Shown: positions 29,324-39,054, counted from the stretch's first letter. The stretch: 64,000 nucleotides of DNA from Actinomycetota bacterium (GCA_046735055.1 JBKPSO010000085.1:1543-65542), one strand, 5' to 3'. The notes: generated by a model from the letters alone, not told the origin. Translations and numbers: made by a program.

Positions 29324-30245
29324 GGCCGAGCGGCGGCTGCGCGAGCGCCTGAGCCGCCTCCGCAGCACTCCGCTCCTCGGCGGCGCGAAGCTCTCCGGCG
29401 AGCTCGAACGCCTCCAGCGCCAGCTTGCGCAGCTCGAGGCCGAGCCGACCGACGAGGAGATCTGGCGCTCGGTCGAGCTGGCGCGCCACCCGGACCGCCC
29501 GTACACGCTCGACTACGTCGAGCGAATCCTCGACGACTGGGTCGAGCTGCACGGCGATCGCGGCCGGGGCGACGACGGCGCGATGGTCGCCGGCCTCGGC
29601 AGCTTCGACGGCCGGACGGTCGTCCTCGTCGGCCAGCAGAAGGGGCGTGACCTCCAGGAGCGGACGAAGCGGCAGTTCGGGATGCCCTATCCGGAGGGCT
29701 ACCGGAAGGCGATGCGAGCGATGGAGCTCGCGGACCGTCACGGCTTTCCACTGTTCAGTCTGGTCGACACCCCCGGCGCCTACCCGGGTGTCGCGGCCGA
29801 GCAGCACGGCCAGGGAGGCGCGATCGCCCAGTCGCAGGCCCTGATGGCGCGACTGCACGTGCCGATCGCCGCGTGCGTGATCGGCGAGGGCGGCTCCGGG
29901 GGCGCGATCGCCATCGCGCTCGCAGACCGCGTGCTGATGCAGGAGAACGCGATCTACTCGGTGATCTCGCCCGAGGGCTGCGCTGCGATCCTGTGGCGCG
30001 ACGCCGGGGAGGCACGCAAGGCCGCTGCGGCCTTCAAACCGGACGCTACGCACTGTCTCGAGCTCGGCGTGATCGACGGGATCGTCCCCGAGCCCGACGG
30101 CGGGGCGCACACGGATTGGGACCGGGCCGCCAGCCTGCTCGCGGACTCGTTCCGCGAGGCGCTCGACGAGCTCGAGGGCCTCTCCGGGGCCGATCTCGTG
30201 CGCAGGCGGCGCGAGAAATACCGCGAGCTGGGCGTCTTCGCGTAA
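29313..30245 (+). CDS. accA: Acetyl-CoA carboxylase carboxyltransferase alpha subunit
   Basis: ARHPDRPYTLDY...GEGGSGGALA-type motif (GEGGSGGAIA). Confidence 0.9.
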   Translation: MPGEAERRLRERLSRLRSTPLLGGAKLSGELERLQRQLAQLEAEPTDEEIWRSVELARHPDRPYTLDYVERILDDWVELHGDRGRGDDGAMVAGLGSFDGRTVVLVGQQKGRDLQERTKRQFGMPYPEGYRKAMRAMELADRHGFPLFSLVDTPGAYPGVAAEQHGQGGAIAQSQALMARLHVPIAACVIGEGGSGGAIAIALADRVLMQENAIYSVISPEGCAAILWRDAGEARKAAAAFKPDATHCLELGVIDGIVPEPDGGAHTDWDRAASLLADSFREALDELEGLSGADLVRRRREKYRELGVFA

Positions 30246-30280
30246 CTTCGTCTTTTCCCAAAGTGTCCTCGGGTAAGCCC

Positions 30281-30345
30281 GGTGGACGCGCCCGCATTCG
30301 GGCAAAAAATCGGAAATGTGCGGGGACATTCCACAGTCTCCACAG
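30281..30345. promoter_or_regulatory. DnaA-box-like cluster upstream of ligD
   Basis: ATTCCACAG (30328-30336) and TCTCCACAG (30337-30345) are adjacent in tandem (starts 9 bp apart), plus GGTGGAC at 30281-30287. TCTCCACAG also occurs at 7699-7707 in oriC. Confidence 0.3.
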
Positions 30346-30442
30346 GCTTTTCCCCGGTTGCGCACACGCCTCATTTATGCGTCGAAACCGGGAAAATCCG
30401 CCTGTTTCGGCCGATCTCCGGGCCTGTAGGCTAGGAAGGCCC

Positions 30443-32791
30443 GTGGCTGCTCGCGGCCGTGAGAAGCTCGCCGATTACCGGCGTAAGCGCGATCCGCAAC
30501 GAACTCCGGAGCCGTTTGGCTCGCGGAAGCGTGGCCGCGAGCCGATCTTCGTCGTCCAGCGGCACGACGCGCGGCGGCTCCACTACGACTTTCGCCTCGA
30601 ACGCGACGGGGCCCTCGCGAGCTGGGCCGTCCCGAAGGGTGTCCCGCTCGAGTCCGGTCAGCGCGCTCTTGCCGTCCACGTCGAGGATCATCCGCTCGAA
30701 TACGCCGACTTCGAGGGCCAGATCCCGCAGGGCCAGTACGGCGCCGGCACCGTCGAGATCTGGGACCGCGGCACGTACGAGCTCGTCGAGGAGAAGAAGG
30801 GCGGGGGTCTCACCGTTCGGCTGCACGGCGGGAGGCTCGAAGGTACCTGGTCGCTCATCCCCGCCAAGCTCGACGGAGACCCGAAGAACTGGCTGATCAT
30901 CCGCAAGAGCGATCCGGACGGCGCGGGTCGGCGGTCGCCCCAACAGCGCTACCAGCCGATGCTCGCGACGCTTGCGGGCGCCGAGGAGCTGCCGACTGGG
31001 AAGGACTGGGTGTTCGAGGTCAAGTGGGACGGGTACCGCTCGCTTGCCTACGTCCGCGGCGGCGAGGCGACGCTCGTGAGCCGGAACGGAAACGACCTGA
31101 CCGGGCGCTTCCCCACCGTTGCCAAGGAGCTGGCGAAGGCGGTGAAGACGCCCGACTGCGTCCTCGACGGCGAGGTCTGCGCGCTCGACGAGCAGGGTCG
31201 GCCGAGCTTCTCCGCGATGCAGCAGGCGAAGCCGGGGACGCCGATCGTCTACGAGGTCTTCGACCTGCTCGAGCTCGACGGCGAGCCGCTCGTCGATCTG
31301 CCGCTGCGCGAGCGCCGCAGGCGGCTCGAGGCGCTGCTCGACCGGCGCAACCGCACCGTCAGGTTTTCCGAGACCTTCGAGGATGGCAAGGCGCTGCTCG
31401 AGGCGGCGAAGCAGCAGGGCCTCGAGGGGATCATCGCCAAGCGCCTCGACTCTCCCTACCGCCAGGGGAAGCGAACGCGCGAGTGGCTGAAGATCAAGAC
31501 CCACGGCCGCCAGGAGTTCGTGATCGCGGGCTACACGAAGGGGCAGGGACGCCGGAGCGGGCGGTTCGGCTCGCTCGTCCTCGGCGTGTGGCGCGGCGAC
31601 GAGCTCTCGTACGTCGGGAATGTCGGCACCGGGTTCACCGACAAGGACATCGACGAGCTGCTTGCCAAGCTACGCCCGCTGGAGCAGACGGCGTCCCCGT
31701 TCCCGGTCGTCCCGAAGATGCCGAAGGTGAAGAAGGACGACGTCGTCTGGGTGAAGCCGGAGCTCGTCACCGAGGTCGAGTTCGTCCAGTGGACGCACGA
31801 CGGCCGGCTGCGGGCGCCGTCCTTCCAGGGGCTGCGCGACGACAAGTCCGCGCGCGAGGTGCGTCGAGAGGAGCCGCTCCGGCCAGTGATCAGCAAGGGC
31901 AAGCGCGTCCTCAAGCTCTCGAACCTCGACAAGGTCTTCTTCCCCGACGACGGGATCACGAAGGGCGACCTGCTCGCCTACTACCGCGCGGTCGCCGCGG
32001 TCGTCCTCCCGCACATTCGCGACCGGCCGTTCACGCTCAAGCGCTACCCGGACGGGATCGCAGGCGGCTTCTTCTTCCAGAAGGACGCGCCCACTCACAT
32101 GCCGGAATGGATCCCGACCGTCGAGATCGAGGCGACGACACGCGACCGGCCGCGCCGCACGCGAACGATCCGCGCCCCGCTCGTCAACGACGAGCTCGCG
32201 CTGCTCTGGATGGTGAACATGGCCTGTATCGACCTGAACACGTGGTACTCACGCGTCGACAAGTCCGACCGCCCCGACTTCGTGCTCTTCGACCTCGACC
32301 CGGCCGCGGACGTCGGCTTTCCCGAGGTGATCCAGGCCACGCTGCTCGTCAAGGAGGTGCTCGACGCGCTCGGACTCGTAGGCTTCGCGAAAACCAGCGG
32401 CAGCGACGGGATGCACGTGCTCGTGCCGATCGAACGGCGGTACACGTATGAGCAGACGCGCGAGTTCTCCGCGATCGTCGCCGGCACGCTCGCGCGGACG
32501 CATCGCGGCCTCGTTACGACGGAGTGGACGAAGGCCAAGCGCCGTGGTGTCCTGATCGACTCGAACCAGAACGGGGAGGGGAAGACGATCGCCTCGGTGT
32601 ACTCGGTAAGGCCGCGTCCCGGTGCGCCGGTCTCGACTCCGCTGCGCTGGGACGAGGTCGAGGAGGGTCTCGATCCGCGCGAGTTCACGATGGACGCGGT
32701 GCTCGGGCGCATCGACCGGCACGGCGACCTGTTCGAGGGCGTGCGGACGACTCGACAGCGACTCGGCCCCGCTCTAGCATCGCTGCGGTGA
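30443..32791 (+). CDS. ligD: Multifunctional NHEJ enzyme LigD (phosphoesterase - ATP ligase - polymerase/primase)
   Basis: PE domain (FVVQRHDARRLHYDFRLE), ligase (EVKWDGYR) and Pol domain (LSNLDKVFFP...). GTG 30443 follows AGGAAGG. Confidence 0.9.
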   Translation: MAARGREKLADYRRKRDPQRTPEPFGSRKRGREPIFVVQRHDARRLHYDFRLERDGALASWAVPKGVPLESGQRALAVHVEDHPLEYADFEGQIPQGQYGAGTVEIWDRGTYELVEEKKGGGLTVRLHGGRLEGTWSLIPAKLDGDPKNWLIIRKSDPDGAGRRSPQQRYQPMLATLAGAEELPTGKDWVFEVKWDGYRSLAYVRGGEATLVSRNGNDLTGRFPTVAKELAKAVKTPDCVLDGEVCALDEQGRPSFSAMQQAKPGTPIVYEVFDLLELDGEPLVDLPLRERRRRLEALLDRRNRTVRFSETFEDGKALLEAAKQQGLEGIIAKRLDSPYRQGKRTREWLKIKTHGRQEFVIAGYTKGQGRRSGRFGSLVLGVWRGDELSYVGNVGTGFTDKDIDELLAKLRPLEQTASPFPVVPKMPKVKKDDVVWVKPELVTEVEFVQWTHDGRLRAPSFQGLRDDKSAREVRREEPLRPVISKGKRVLKLSNLDKVFFPDDGITKGDLLAYYRAVAAVVLPHIRDRPFTLKRYPDGIAGGFFFQKDAPTHMPEWIPTVEIEATTRDRPRRTRTIRAPLVNDELALLWMVNMACIDLNTWYSRVDKSDRPDFVLFDLDPAADVGFPEVIQATLLVKEVLDALGLVGFAKTSGSDGMHVLVPIERRYTYEQTREFSAIVAGTLARTHRGLVTTEWTKAKRRGVLIDSNQNGEGKTIASVYSVRPRPGAPVSTPLRWDEVEEGLDPREFTMDAVLGRIDRHGDLFEGVRTTRQRLGPALASLR

Positions 32792-33654
32792 AGCTCGCTG
32801 AGCTCGTCGCAGAGCTCGACGCCTACTTTCGGATCCCGGACGTCCGCGGCGACGACTGGTCGAAGGCCTTCGAGCTGGTCTACCCGGAGCCGTACTGGCG
32901 TGAGTACGTCCTTCCGGGCTGGGAGGGGCACTGGAACGGACTGTCGGTCAAGGGCGCCGACGGGGTCGAGCGCGTCGTGACGTGCGTCTTTCCGAGCGAC
33001 CGCATCGTCGACGAGCTCGCCCCGGGGACGCTCGTGTTCACGGAGCATCCGCTCGACTTCGCCGACGAGCCGGGCTTTCTGCCGCTCGCCCGCGAGACCT
33101 TCGAGACGATGCGCGAGCGCGGGATCAGCCTCTACAACGCGCACGCTCCGCTCGACATGCATCCGGAGGTATCGCCGTCGCGCCTGTGCGCGGAGGGCGT
33201 TGGGCTGCGGGAGCTCGAGGAGTACTTCCCGATCTGCGAGGGCATCCCGGGCGGGGCGGCGATCATCGGCGAGAGCCGGCTGAGCGTCGACGGTCTCGCC
33301 GACGCGCTCCGCTCATACCTCGGCCCGGAGATCAAGGTGCACGTGCTGACGCGGACGCGCGGCGATGCGGGCCGCGTCGCGATGGTGGCCGGCGGCGGCG
33401 CGCGGGTCGAGATCCTCGACGCCTCGCTCGAGCGCGGCTGCCAGACCTACGTGACGGGAAACGCAGCGACGAACTGCCGCCTCGACTTCGTCCGGGAGGT
33501 GGTGCGGGCGTTTCGGGAGCGCGCGGATGCCGTTGGCGTGACGCTGATCGACGCGATGCACTACGGGATGGAGAAGCCGCCGCAGCTTGCGATGGTCGGC
33601 TGGTTCCGCGCCCGCGGTCTGGACGCCGAGTTCGTCCCCGACGGCCCGAAGTAG
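32788..33654 (+). CDS. NIF3-family dinuclear metal centre protein
   Basis: LVFTEHPLDF...YNAHAPLD...IDAMHYGME motifs. GTGA overlap with ligD. Confidence 0.75.
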   Translation: MKLAELVAELDAYFRIPDVRGDDWSKAFELVYPEPYWREYVLPGWEGHWNGLSVKGADGVERVVTCVFPSDRIVDELAPGTLVFTEHPLDFADEPGFLPLARETFETMRERGISLYNAHAPLDMHPEVSPSRLCAEGVGLRELEEYFPICEGIPGGAAIIGESRLSVDGLADALRSYLGPEIKVHVLTRTRGDAGRVAMVAGGGARVEILDASLERGCQTYVTGNAATNCRLDFVREVVRAFRERADAVGVTLIDAMHYGMEKPPQLAMVGWFRARGLDAEFVPDGPK

Positions 33655-33704
33655 ACATGGCGGGGGTCAGGCCCCTGGCTGTCCGTTTTCGACCTATGTC
33701 CGGC

Positions 33705-34961
33705 TCAGTCCCCGAGCTGGCGGGGGTGGCCGAGCATGCCGAGCTCGGCGATGTCGCGACGGAAGAAGAGGGCGACCGTCCAGTCGACGACGACGCGCAG
33801 CTTCCGCGAGACGAGCGGCAGTTGGTAGAGGTGGTACGTCCGGGTGACGAACCAGCCCGGGAAGCCGCGCAGCCGCAGGCCGATCGCGTCGGCGATTCCC
33901 TTGTAGCGGCCGAGCGTCGCCACCTGGCCGAGCATCCGGTAGCGGTACGCCTTCGGCTCGCCCGTCAGGTTCCGGGCGAGCCGGCGCGCCTGGCGCAGGG
34001 CGTGCTGGGACGTGGGTGGGTCGGCTCGGCCGGGAGTGGCGAGGTTCGGGACGGCTGCACAGTCGCCGAGTGCCCAGACGTCCTCCCGGCCGGCGACGCG
34101 AAGGTACTCGTCCACGACTACGCGCCCGCGCTCGTCGAGCGGAAGGCCGAGCTCTGCGACCAGCGGGTTCGCGCGAACGCCGGTGGTCCAGACGAGCGTT
34201 CCGGTCTCGATCCTGGTGCCGTCCGAGAGGAGGACGCCGCGCTCGTCTGCCGAGTCGAGCCGCGTCGACACGTGGATCTCCACCCCTCGCCGCAGGAGTT
34301 GCCGCGCTGCGTAGTCGCCGAGCTTGGTCGGGATCTCGGGGAGGATCTTCGGTGCAGCATCGACGAGCACCCAGCGCTGGGGTTCGCCGCGCAGACCCGG
34401 GTAGTAGCGCAGCGCGTCGCGGACGAGGTCGGCGAGCTCGGCGAGTGCCTCGACGCCTGCATAGCCTGCGCCGACGAAGACGAAGGCGAGGTGCCGCGCT
34501 CGCTCCTCTGCATCGGCCGCGGCGTCTGCTGCCTCGAGCTGCCGGAGGATGTGGTTGCGGAGCGCGATCGCGTCGGCCAGGTCGCGGAAGCCGTGGCCGT
34601 GCTCGGCGAGGCCGGGCACCGGCAGCACGCGGGAGACGGAGCCGAGCGCGAGCACGAGGCGGTCGTAGCCGATCTCGACGAGGCCGTCGATCGCCTCGAC
34701 GACCACCGCTTTCCGGTCGGCATCGACGGTCGTCAGCCGTCCAACGACGAGTTCGCTGTGCGGGCACATCATGCGCAGCGGGACGACGACGTGCCGCGGC
34801 TCGAGCGTCCCGGACGCCGCTTCCGGGAGGAGCGGCGTGAAGAGCATGAAGTTCTCCGGGCTGACGATGGTCGCGCCGCGGCGGCCGAGGAGCCTTGCGA
34901 CCATCGACCCGGCGTACCCGCCGCCGGCGACCAGTGTGCCGCCGCGTGCGTATCTGTCCAC
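33705..34961 (-). CDS. ndh: Type II NADH dehydrogenase (NDH-2)
   Basis: Two Rossmann motifs (GGGYAG, GAGYAGVE). Start placed at GTG 34961. Confidence 0.85.
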   Translation of the reverse strand: MDRYARGGTLVAGGGYAGSMVARLLGRRGATIVSPENFMLFTPLLPEAASGTLEPRHVVVPLRMMCPHSELVVGRLTTVDADRKAVVVEAIDGLVEIGYDRLVLALGSVSRVLPVPGLAEHGHGFRDLADAIALRNHILRQLEAADAAADAEERARHLAFVFVGAGYAGVEALAELADLVRDALRYYPGLRGEPQRWVLVDAAPKILPEIPTKLGDYAARQLLRRGVEIHVSTRLDSADERGVLLSDGTRIETGTLVWTTGVRANPLVAELGLPLDERGRVVVDEYLRVAGREDVWALGDCAAVPNLATPGRADPPTSQHALRQARRLARNLTGEPKAYRYRMLGQVATLGRYKGIADAIGLRLRGFPGWFVTRTYHLYQLPLVSRKLRVVVDWTVALFFRRDIAELGMLGHPRQLGD

Positions 34962-34990
34962 AGAGGTACCTTGGCAGTAGCGTGGGTGGG

Positions 34991-36373
34991 ATGAGCAGCA
35001 GGCGCCTGAGGCATTACGGTATCGCCGCGCTCGCAAGTGCGGCCTCCGTGGCGGCGATCACCGCCGTCATCTCGCTGCTCGAGCGCTGGGTGCCGGTGCT
35101 CAGCCTCGGCGTGCTCTACATCTTCGCGGTGCTGCCCGTGGCGATCGTGTGGGGCCTCGGCTTCGCACTGCCCGTCTCGGTTGCCAGCATGCTCGCTTTC
35201 AACTGGTTCTTCCTGCCGCCGCGGCACACGTTCACCCTCGCCGACAGCGAGAACTGGTTCGCGCTCGCGGTTTACCTGGCGACTGCAGTGGTCGTGAGCG
35301 AGCTCGCCGCCCGAGCCCGGCGCCGCGCCTCGGCCGCCGAGCAGCGGGAGCGGGAGTCGACGCTCCTCGCCGGCCTCGCGGCCGACCTTCTGCGCGGCAG
35401 AAGCTTGCAGGAGGAGGTTGGCCAGATGGCCGGGAGCACTGCCCAGATTCTCGGCGTCGACCACGTCGAGATCGAGCTCGGCCACGCAGTGCGGAGTGAC
35501 AGCCGACGTGCCCCGCATCCGCTCGAGGCCGCGGGACGGAACGTCGGAACGCTTTACACGCCGTCCGGGACGGACGCGAGCCTGGACGTTCGCCGGCGTT
35601 TTCTTCCGGCCCTCGCCGCGCTGCTCGCGGTCGCGGTCGAGCGCGAGGGACTCGAGCGGGAGGCCCTGGAGGCGGAAACGCTCCGCCGCAGCGACCTGGT
35701 CAAGACGGCGCTGCTCCGCGCCGTCTCCCACGATCTGCGCTCGCCCCTGACGGGCATCAACACCGCGGTCGGCGCGCTCCGCAGCCCCACCTTGAGCCTG
35801 ACCGAGGCAGACCGGCGTGAGCTCCTGGAGACGATCGACGTCGAGGCCGAGCGCCTCGGCCGCCTCGTCGACGACCTGCTCGACCTGTCGCGGCTAGAAG
35901 CAGGGGCCGCCCCGCCGCAGCCCGAGGCGTGGGAGCTGCCGGAGCTCGTTCGCGAGGCGGCGGAGGGCCTCCATGCAAGGGAGCGGGTCGAGATCGCGGG
36001 TGAGACGCCGATCGTCGACGTCGACGGCGGGCAGATCCAGCGGGCCTTCGCCAACCTGCTCGAGAACGCGCTCAAGTTCTCGTCCCCCGACGAGACGGTT
36101 CACGTGGCGATCACGGCAACCCGAAAGGAGGCGATCGCGCGGGTCGTCGATCACGGCCCAGGGCTGCCTCCGGAGGAGCTGGAGCGCGTCTTCGAGCCCT
36201 TCTACCGACGCAACGGCGACCGGCGCTCCGGCGCAGGGCTCGGGCTTGCAATCGCACGCGGCTTCGTCGAGGCCAACGGTGGACGAATCTGGGCGGAGTC
36301 TCGCCCCGGTCAGGGCGCGACGTTCGCGATCGCGTTGCCCGTCGCGTCCGTGCCCGTGGAGCTCACCAGATGA
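34991..36373 (+). CDS. kdpD: KdpD-type sensor histidine kinase lacking the N-terminal KdpD/Usp module
   Basis: KdpD-like TM bundle (FNWFFLPPRHTF), HisKA (SHDLRSPLT) and HATPase_c. Confidence 0.85.
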   Translation: MSSRRLRHYGIAALASAASVAAITAVISLLERWVPVLSLGVLYIFAVLPVAIVWGLGFALPVSVASMLAFNWFFLPPRHTFTLADSENWFALAVYLATAVVVSELAARARRRASAAEQRERESTLLAGLAADLLRGRSLQEEVGQMAGSTAQILGVDHVEIELGHAVRSDSRRAPHPLEAAGRNVGTLYTPSGTDASLDVRRRFLPALAALLAVAVEREGLEREALEAETLRRSDLVKTALLRAVSHDLRSPLTGINTAVGALRSPTLSLTEADRRELLETIDVEAERLGRLVDDLLDLSRLEAGAAPPQPEAWELPELVREAAEGLHARERVEIAGETPIVDVDGGQIQRAFANLLENALKFSSPDETVHVAITATRKEAIARVVDHGPGLPPEELERVFEPFYRRNGDRRSGAGLGLAIARGFVEANGGRIWAESRPGQGATFAIALPVASVPVELTR

Positions 36374-37065
36374 GCGGGCAACGGGTGCTCGTCGTCGACG
36401 ACGAGCCGCAGATTCTCCGCGCGCTCGGCACGACGCTCCGCGCAGCCGGATACGACGTGGACACCGCGGGGACCGCGGCGGCGGCGCTGTCCGCCGCCGC
36501 AGCCCACCCGCCGGAGGGCGTGATCCTCGATCTGGTTCTTCCCGACCGCAGTGGCACCGACGTGTGCCGCGAGCTTCGAACCTGGACCGAGGCGCCGGTG
36601 ATCGTGCTGTCCGCGGTGGGCCAGGAGTCGGAGAAGGTGGCCGCCCTGGATGCGGGCGCAGACGACTACGTGACCAAGCCGTTCAGCGTCGACGAGCTGC
36701 TCGCGCGGCTGCGTGCCGTCCTTCGCCGGTCCGGCCCGTCGCTCGACCCCGTGATCGAGGTCGGCGACCTGACGATCGACGTGCCGAACCGTGCGGTCAG
36801 ACGGGATGGACGACGCATCAAGCTCACCCCGCACGAGTTCGATCTCCTGCGCGTGCTGGCGCAGAACCGCGGCAAGCTGCTCACGCACCGGATGCTGCTC
36901 CGGGAGGTCTGGGGGCCGTCGTACCAGGTCGAGGCGCACTACCTCCACGTCTACGTCTCCAATCTCCGCCGCAAGATCGAGTCGGATCCGTCGAAACCGC
37001 GCTACGTGCTCACCGAGCCCGGAGCGGGGTACCGGCTTGCAGAAGCCGACGATGTAGTCCGTTGA
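36370..37065 (+). CDS. kdpE: OmpR-family response regulator KdpE
   Basis: Receiver domain plus winged helix. ATGA overlap with the kinase gene. Confidence 0.9.
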   Translation: MSGQRVLVVDDEPQILRALGTTLRAAGYDVDTAGTAAAALSAAAAHPPEGVILDLVLPDRSGTDVCRELRTWTEAPVIVLSAVGQESEKVAALDAGADDYVTKPFSVDELLARLRAVLRRSGPSLDPVIEVGDLTIDVPNRAVRRDGRRIKLTPHEFDLLRVLAQNRGKLLTHRMLLREVWGPSYQVEAHYLHVYVSNLRRKIESDPSKPRYVLTEPGAGYRLAEADDVVR

Positions 37066-37126
37066 GAAAACTTTGAGCTAGCCGGCCCATCCCTTGAGGT
37101 CCCCTTGACGGAGAGGGGCCTAGCAT
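37062..37126 (+). promoter_or_regulatory. Four direct TTGAG-type repeats (11-21-11 bp spacing) plus TAGCAT, upstream of the kdp operon
   Basis: TTGAG 37062, TTGAG 37073, TTGAG 37094, TTGAC 37105, TAGCAT 37121. The same architecture occurs at 45615-45680. Confidence 0.45.
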
Positions 37127-37195
37127 CGGACGTATGGACCGGCGCAGGCAGCTTGCGCGCGCTCTCGACGGCGCCGCCGCACTGGAGCCGCGCTG

Positions 37196-37279
37196 ATGTA
37201 CGACCTCGCAGCACTCGCGATCGCAGGCGCGTGCTTCGCGTGCGCCTTCCTGCTCGTGTGGGTGCTGGGGAAGATCTGA
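37196..37279 (+). CDS. Candidate 27-aa hydrophobic micro-protein upstream of kdpF
   Basis: MYDLAALAIAGACFACAFLLVWVLGKI. GGAG lies 8 nt upstream, and its TGA overlaps the kdpF ATG (TGATG). Confidence 0.35.
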   Translation: MYDLAALAIAGACFACAFLLVWVLGKI

Positions 37280-37368
37280 TGTCGGCCGGCGACGCGGTCG
37301 GGCTCGCGATCTCGCTGGCCGTGCTCGCGTACCTCGTGTACGCCTTGTTCCTGGGCGAGCGGCTCTAG
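37279..37368 (+). CDS. kdpF: K+-transporting ATPase subunit F
   Basis: 29-aa single TM peptide MSAGDAVGLAISLAVLAYLVYALFLGERL, 3 nt before kdpA. Confidence 0.7.
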   Translation: MSAGDAVGLAISLAVLAYLVYALFLGERL

Positions 37369-37371
37369 CCG

Positions 37372-39054
37372 ATGAGCGGGCAGGGCATCGGCCAGCTCCT
37401 CCTCTACGGGGTCGTCCTGATCGCGCTCGGCTATCCGCTCGGGCTCTGGATGGCCCGCGTCTACAGCCGTGAGCGCGGCGATGTCGTCGAGCGCGGGCTG
37501 CTCCGTCTGCTCGGCGGCGGCCGCGAGCAGGACTGGAAGGGATACGCGCGGACCGTGCTCGTCCTCAGCGTCGGGTTCTTCCTCGTCGTCTATCTGGTCC
37601 AGCGCGCCCAGGGCCATCTGTTTCTGAACCCGGATCAGCTGAACGGAGTGCCGGCGCACATCTCGCTGAACACGGCGATGAGCTTCACGACGAACACGAA
37701 CTGGCAGTACTACGGCGGCGAGTACACGATGTCGTACCTGACCCAGATGGCCGCGCTCGCGGTGCAGAACTTCGTCTCGGCCGGGGTCGGGATGGCGGTG
37801 CTCGCCGCGGTCGTGCGCGGCATCTCGCGGAGATCGCGGAACGAGCTCGGCAACTTCTGGGTCGACCTCTACCGCTCCTGCGTCTACATCCTCCTCCCGC
37901 TCGCGGTCATCCTCGGCGTGATCCTGATCTCCCAGGGCGTCCTCCAGACGTTCCACGGCCATGCGACCGCCACGACGCTCGAGGGCGCCCGGCAGACGAT
38001 CGCGCGCGGCCCCGCGGCGTCGCAGATCGCGATCAAGCAGCTCGGGACGAACGGCGGCGGCTTCTACAACTCGAACTCGGCGGTTCCGTTCGAGAACCCG
38101 AACGGTCTGACGAATTTCCTCGAGCTGCTGGCGATCCTGCTGATCCCCGCAGGGCAGGTGTTCATGTTCGGGAAGATGGTGCTCGCACGGAGGCATGCCT
38201 GGATGGTGTTCGCCTCGATGTTCGTCATCTTCGCGATCGGCCTCGCCGTCGCGCTCCCGGCGGAGCAGCACGGTTCGCAAGTGCTTCGCGCGTCGGGCGT
38301 GAACATCACCCAGGGGAACGGCCAGTCCGGCGGCAACATGTCCGACAAGGAGGTTCGGTTCGGGATCGCCAACACTGCCCTCTGGGCGACGGCGACCACA
38401 GACGCCTCGAACGGGTCCGTCGACGGCGGGCACGACGCGTTCACTCCTGCCGGCGGCGCCGTCCCGCTCGTGAACATCTTCCTCGGGGAAGTGGTGTTCG
38501 GCGGGGTCGGCTCTGGCCTCTACGGGATGTTCTTCTACATCCTGATCGCGGTGTTCGTCGCCGGGCTGATGGTCGGACGCACGCCCGAGTGGCTGGGCAA
38601 GAAGATCGAAGCGCGCGAGATCAAGCTCGCGGCGCTCGGCGCCCTGTTCGTGCCGACGATGGTGCTGACGCTGACCGCGCTCGCGGTTGTGACCAAGGCT
38701 GGGCTCGCATCCGTCTACAACCCCGGCGCCCACGGTTTCACAGAATCGCTCTACGCCTACACGTCGCAGGGAAACAACAACGGCAGCGCCTTCGCCGGGT
38801 ACGGAGCGACCAACTTCTCGGCGAGCTTCGGCGCGATCGCGATGTCGTTCGGACGCTTCGTGCCGATGCTTGCCGCGCTCGCCATCGGCGGGTCCCTCGC
38901 GTCGAAGAAGACCGTGCCGGCGTCGGCCGGTACGTTCCGCACCGACGGGCCGACGTTCGTCGTGCTGCTCGTCGGCGTGATTGCGCTCACCGCCGGTCTG
39001 ATGATCTTCCCGGCGCTAACGCTCGGCCCGGTCGTCGAGGGATTGACGCACTGA
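37372..39054 (+). CDS. kdpA: K+-transporting ATPase subunit A
   Basis: Full-length KdpA-like channel subunit ([16 protein letters not shown]). Confidence 0.95.
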   Translation: MSGQGIGQLLLYGVVLIALGYPLGLWMARVYSRERGDVVERGLLRLLGGGREQDWKGYARTVLVLSVGFFLVVYLVQRAQGHLFLNPDQLNGVPAHISLNTAMSFTTNTNWQYYGGEYTMSYLTQMAALAVQNFVSAGVGMAVLAAVVRGISRRSRNELGNFWVDLYRSCVYILLPLAVILGVILISQGVLQTFHGHATATTLEGARQTIARGPAASQIAIKQLGTNGGGFYNSNSAVPFENPNGLTNFLELLAILLIPAGQVFMFGKMVLARRHAWMVFASMFVIFAIGLAVALPAEQHGSQVLRASGVNITQGNGQSGGNMSDKEVRFGIANTALWATATTDASNGSVDGGHDAFTPAGGAVPLVNIFLGEVVFGGVGSGLYGMFFYILIAVFVAGLMVGRTPEWLGKKIEAREIKLAALGALFVPTMVLTLTALAVVTKAGLASVYNPGAHGFTESLYAYTSQGNNNGSAFAGYGATNFSASFGAIAMSFGRFVPMLAALAIGGSLASKKTVPASAGTFRTDGPTFVVLLVGVIALTAGLMIFPALTLGPVVEGLTH

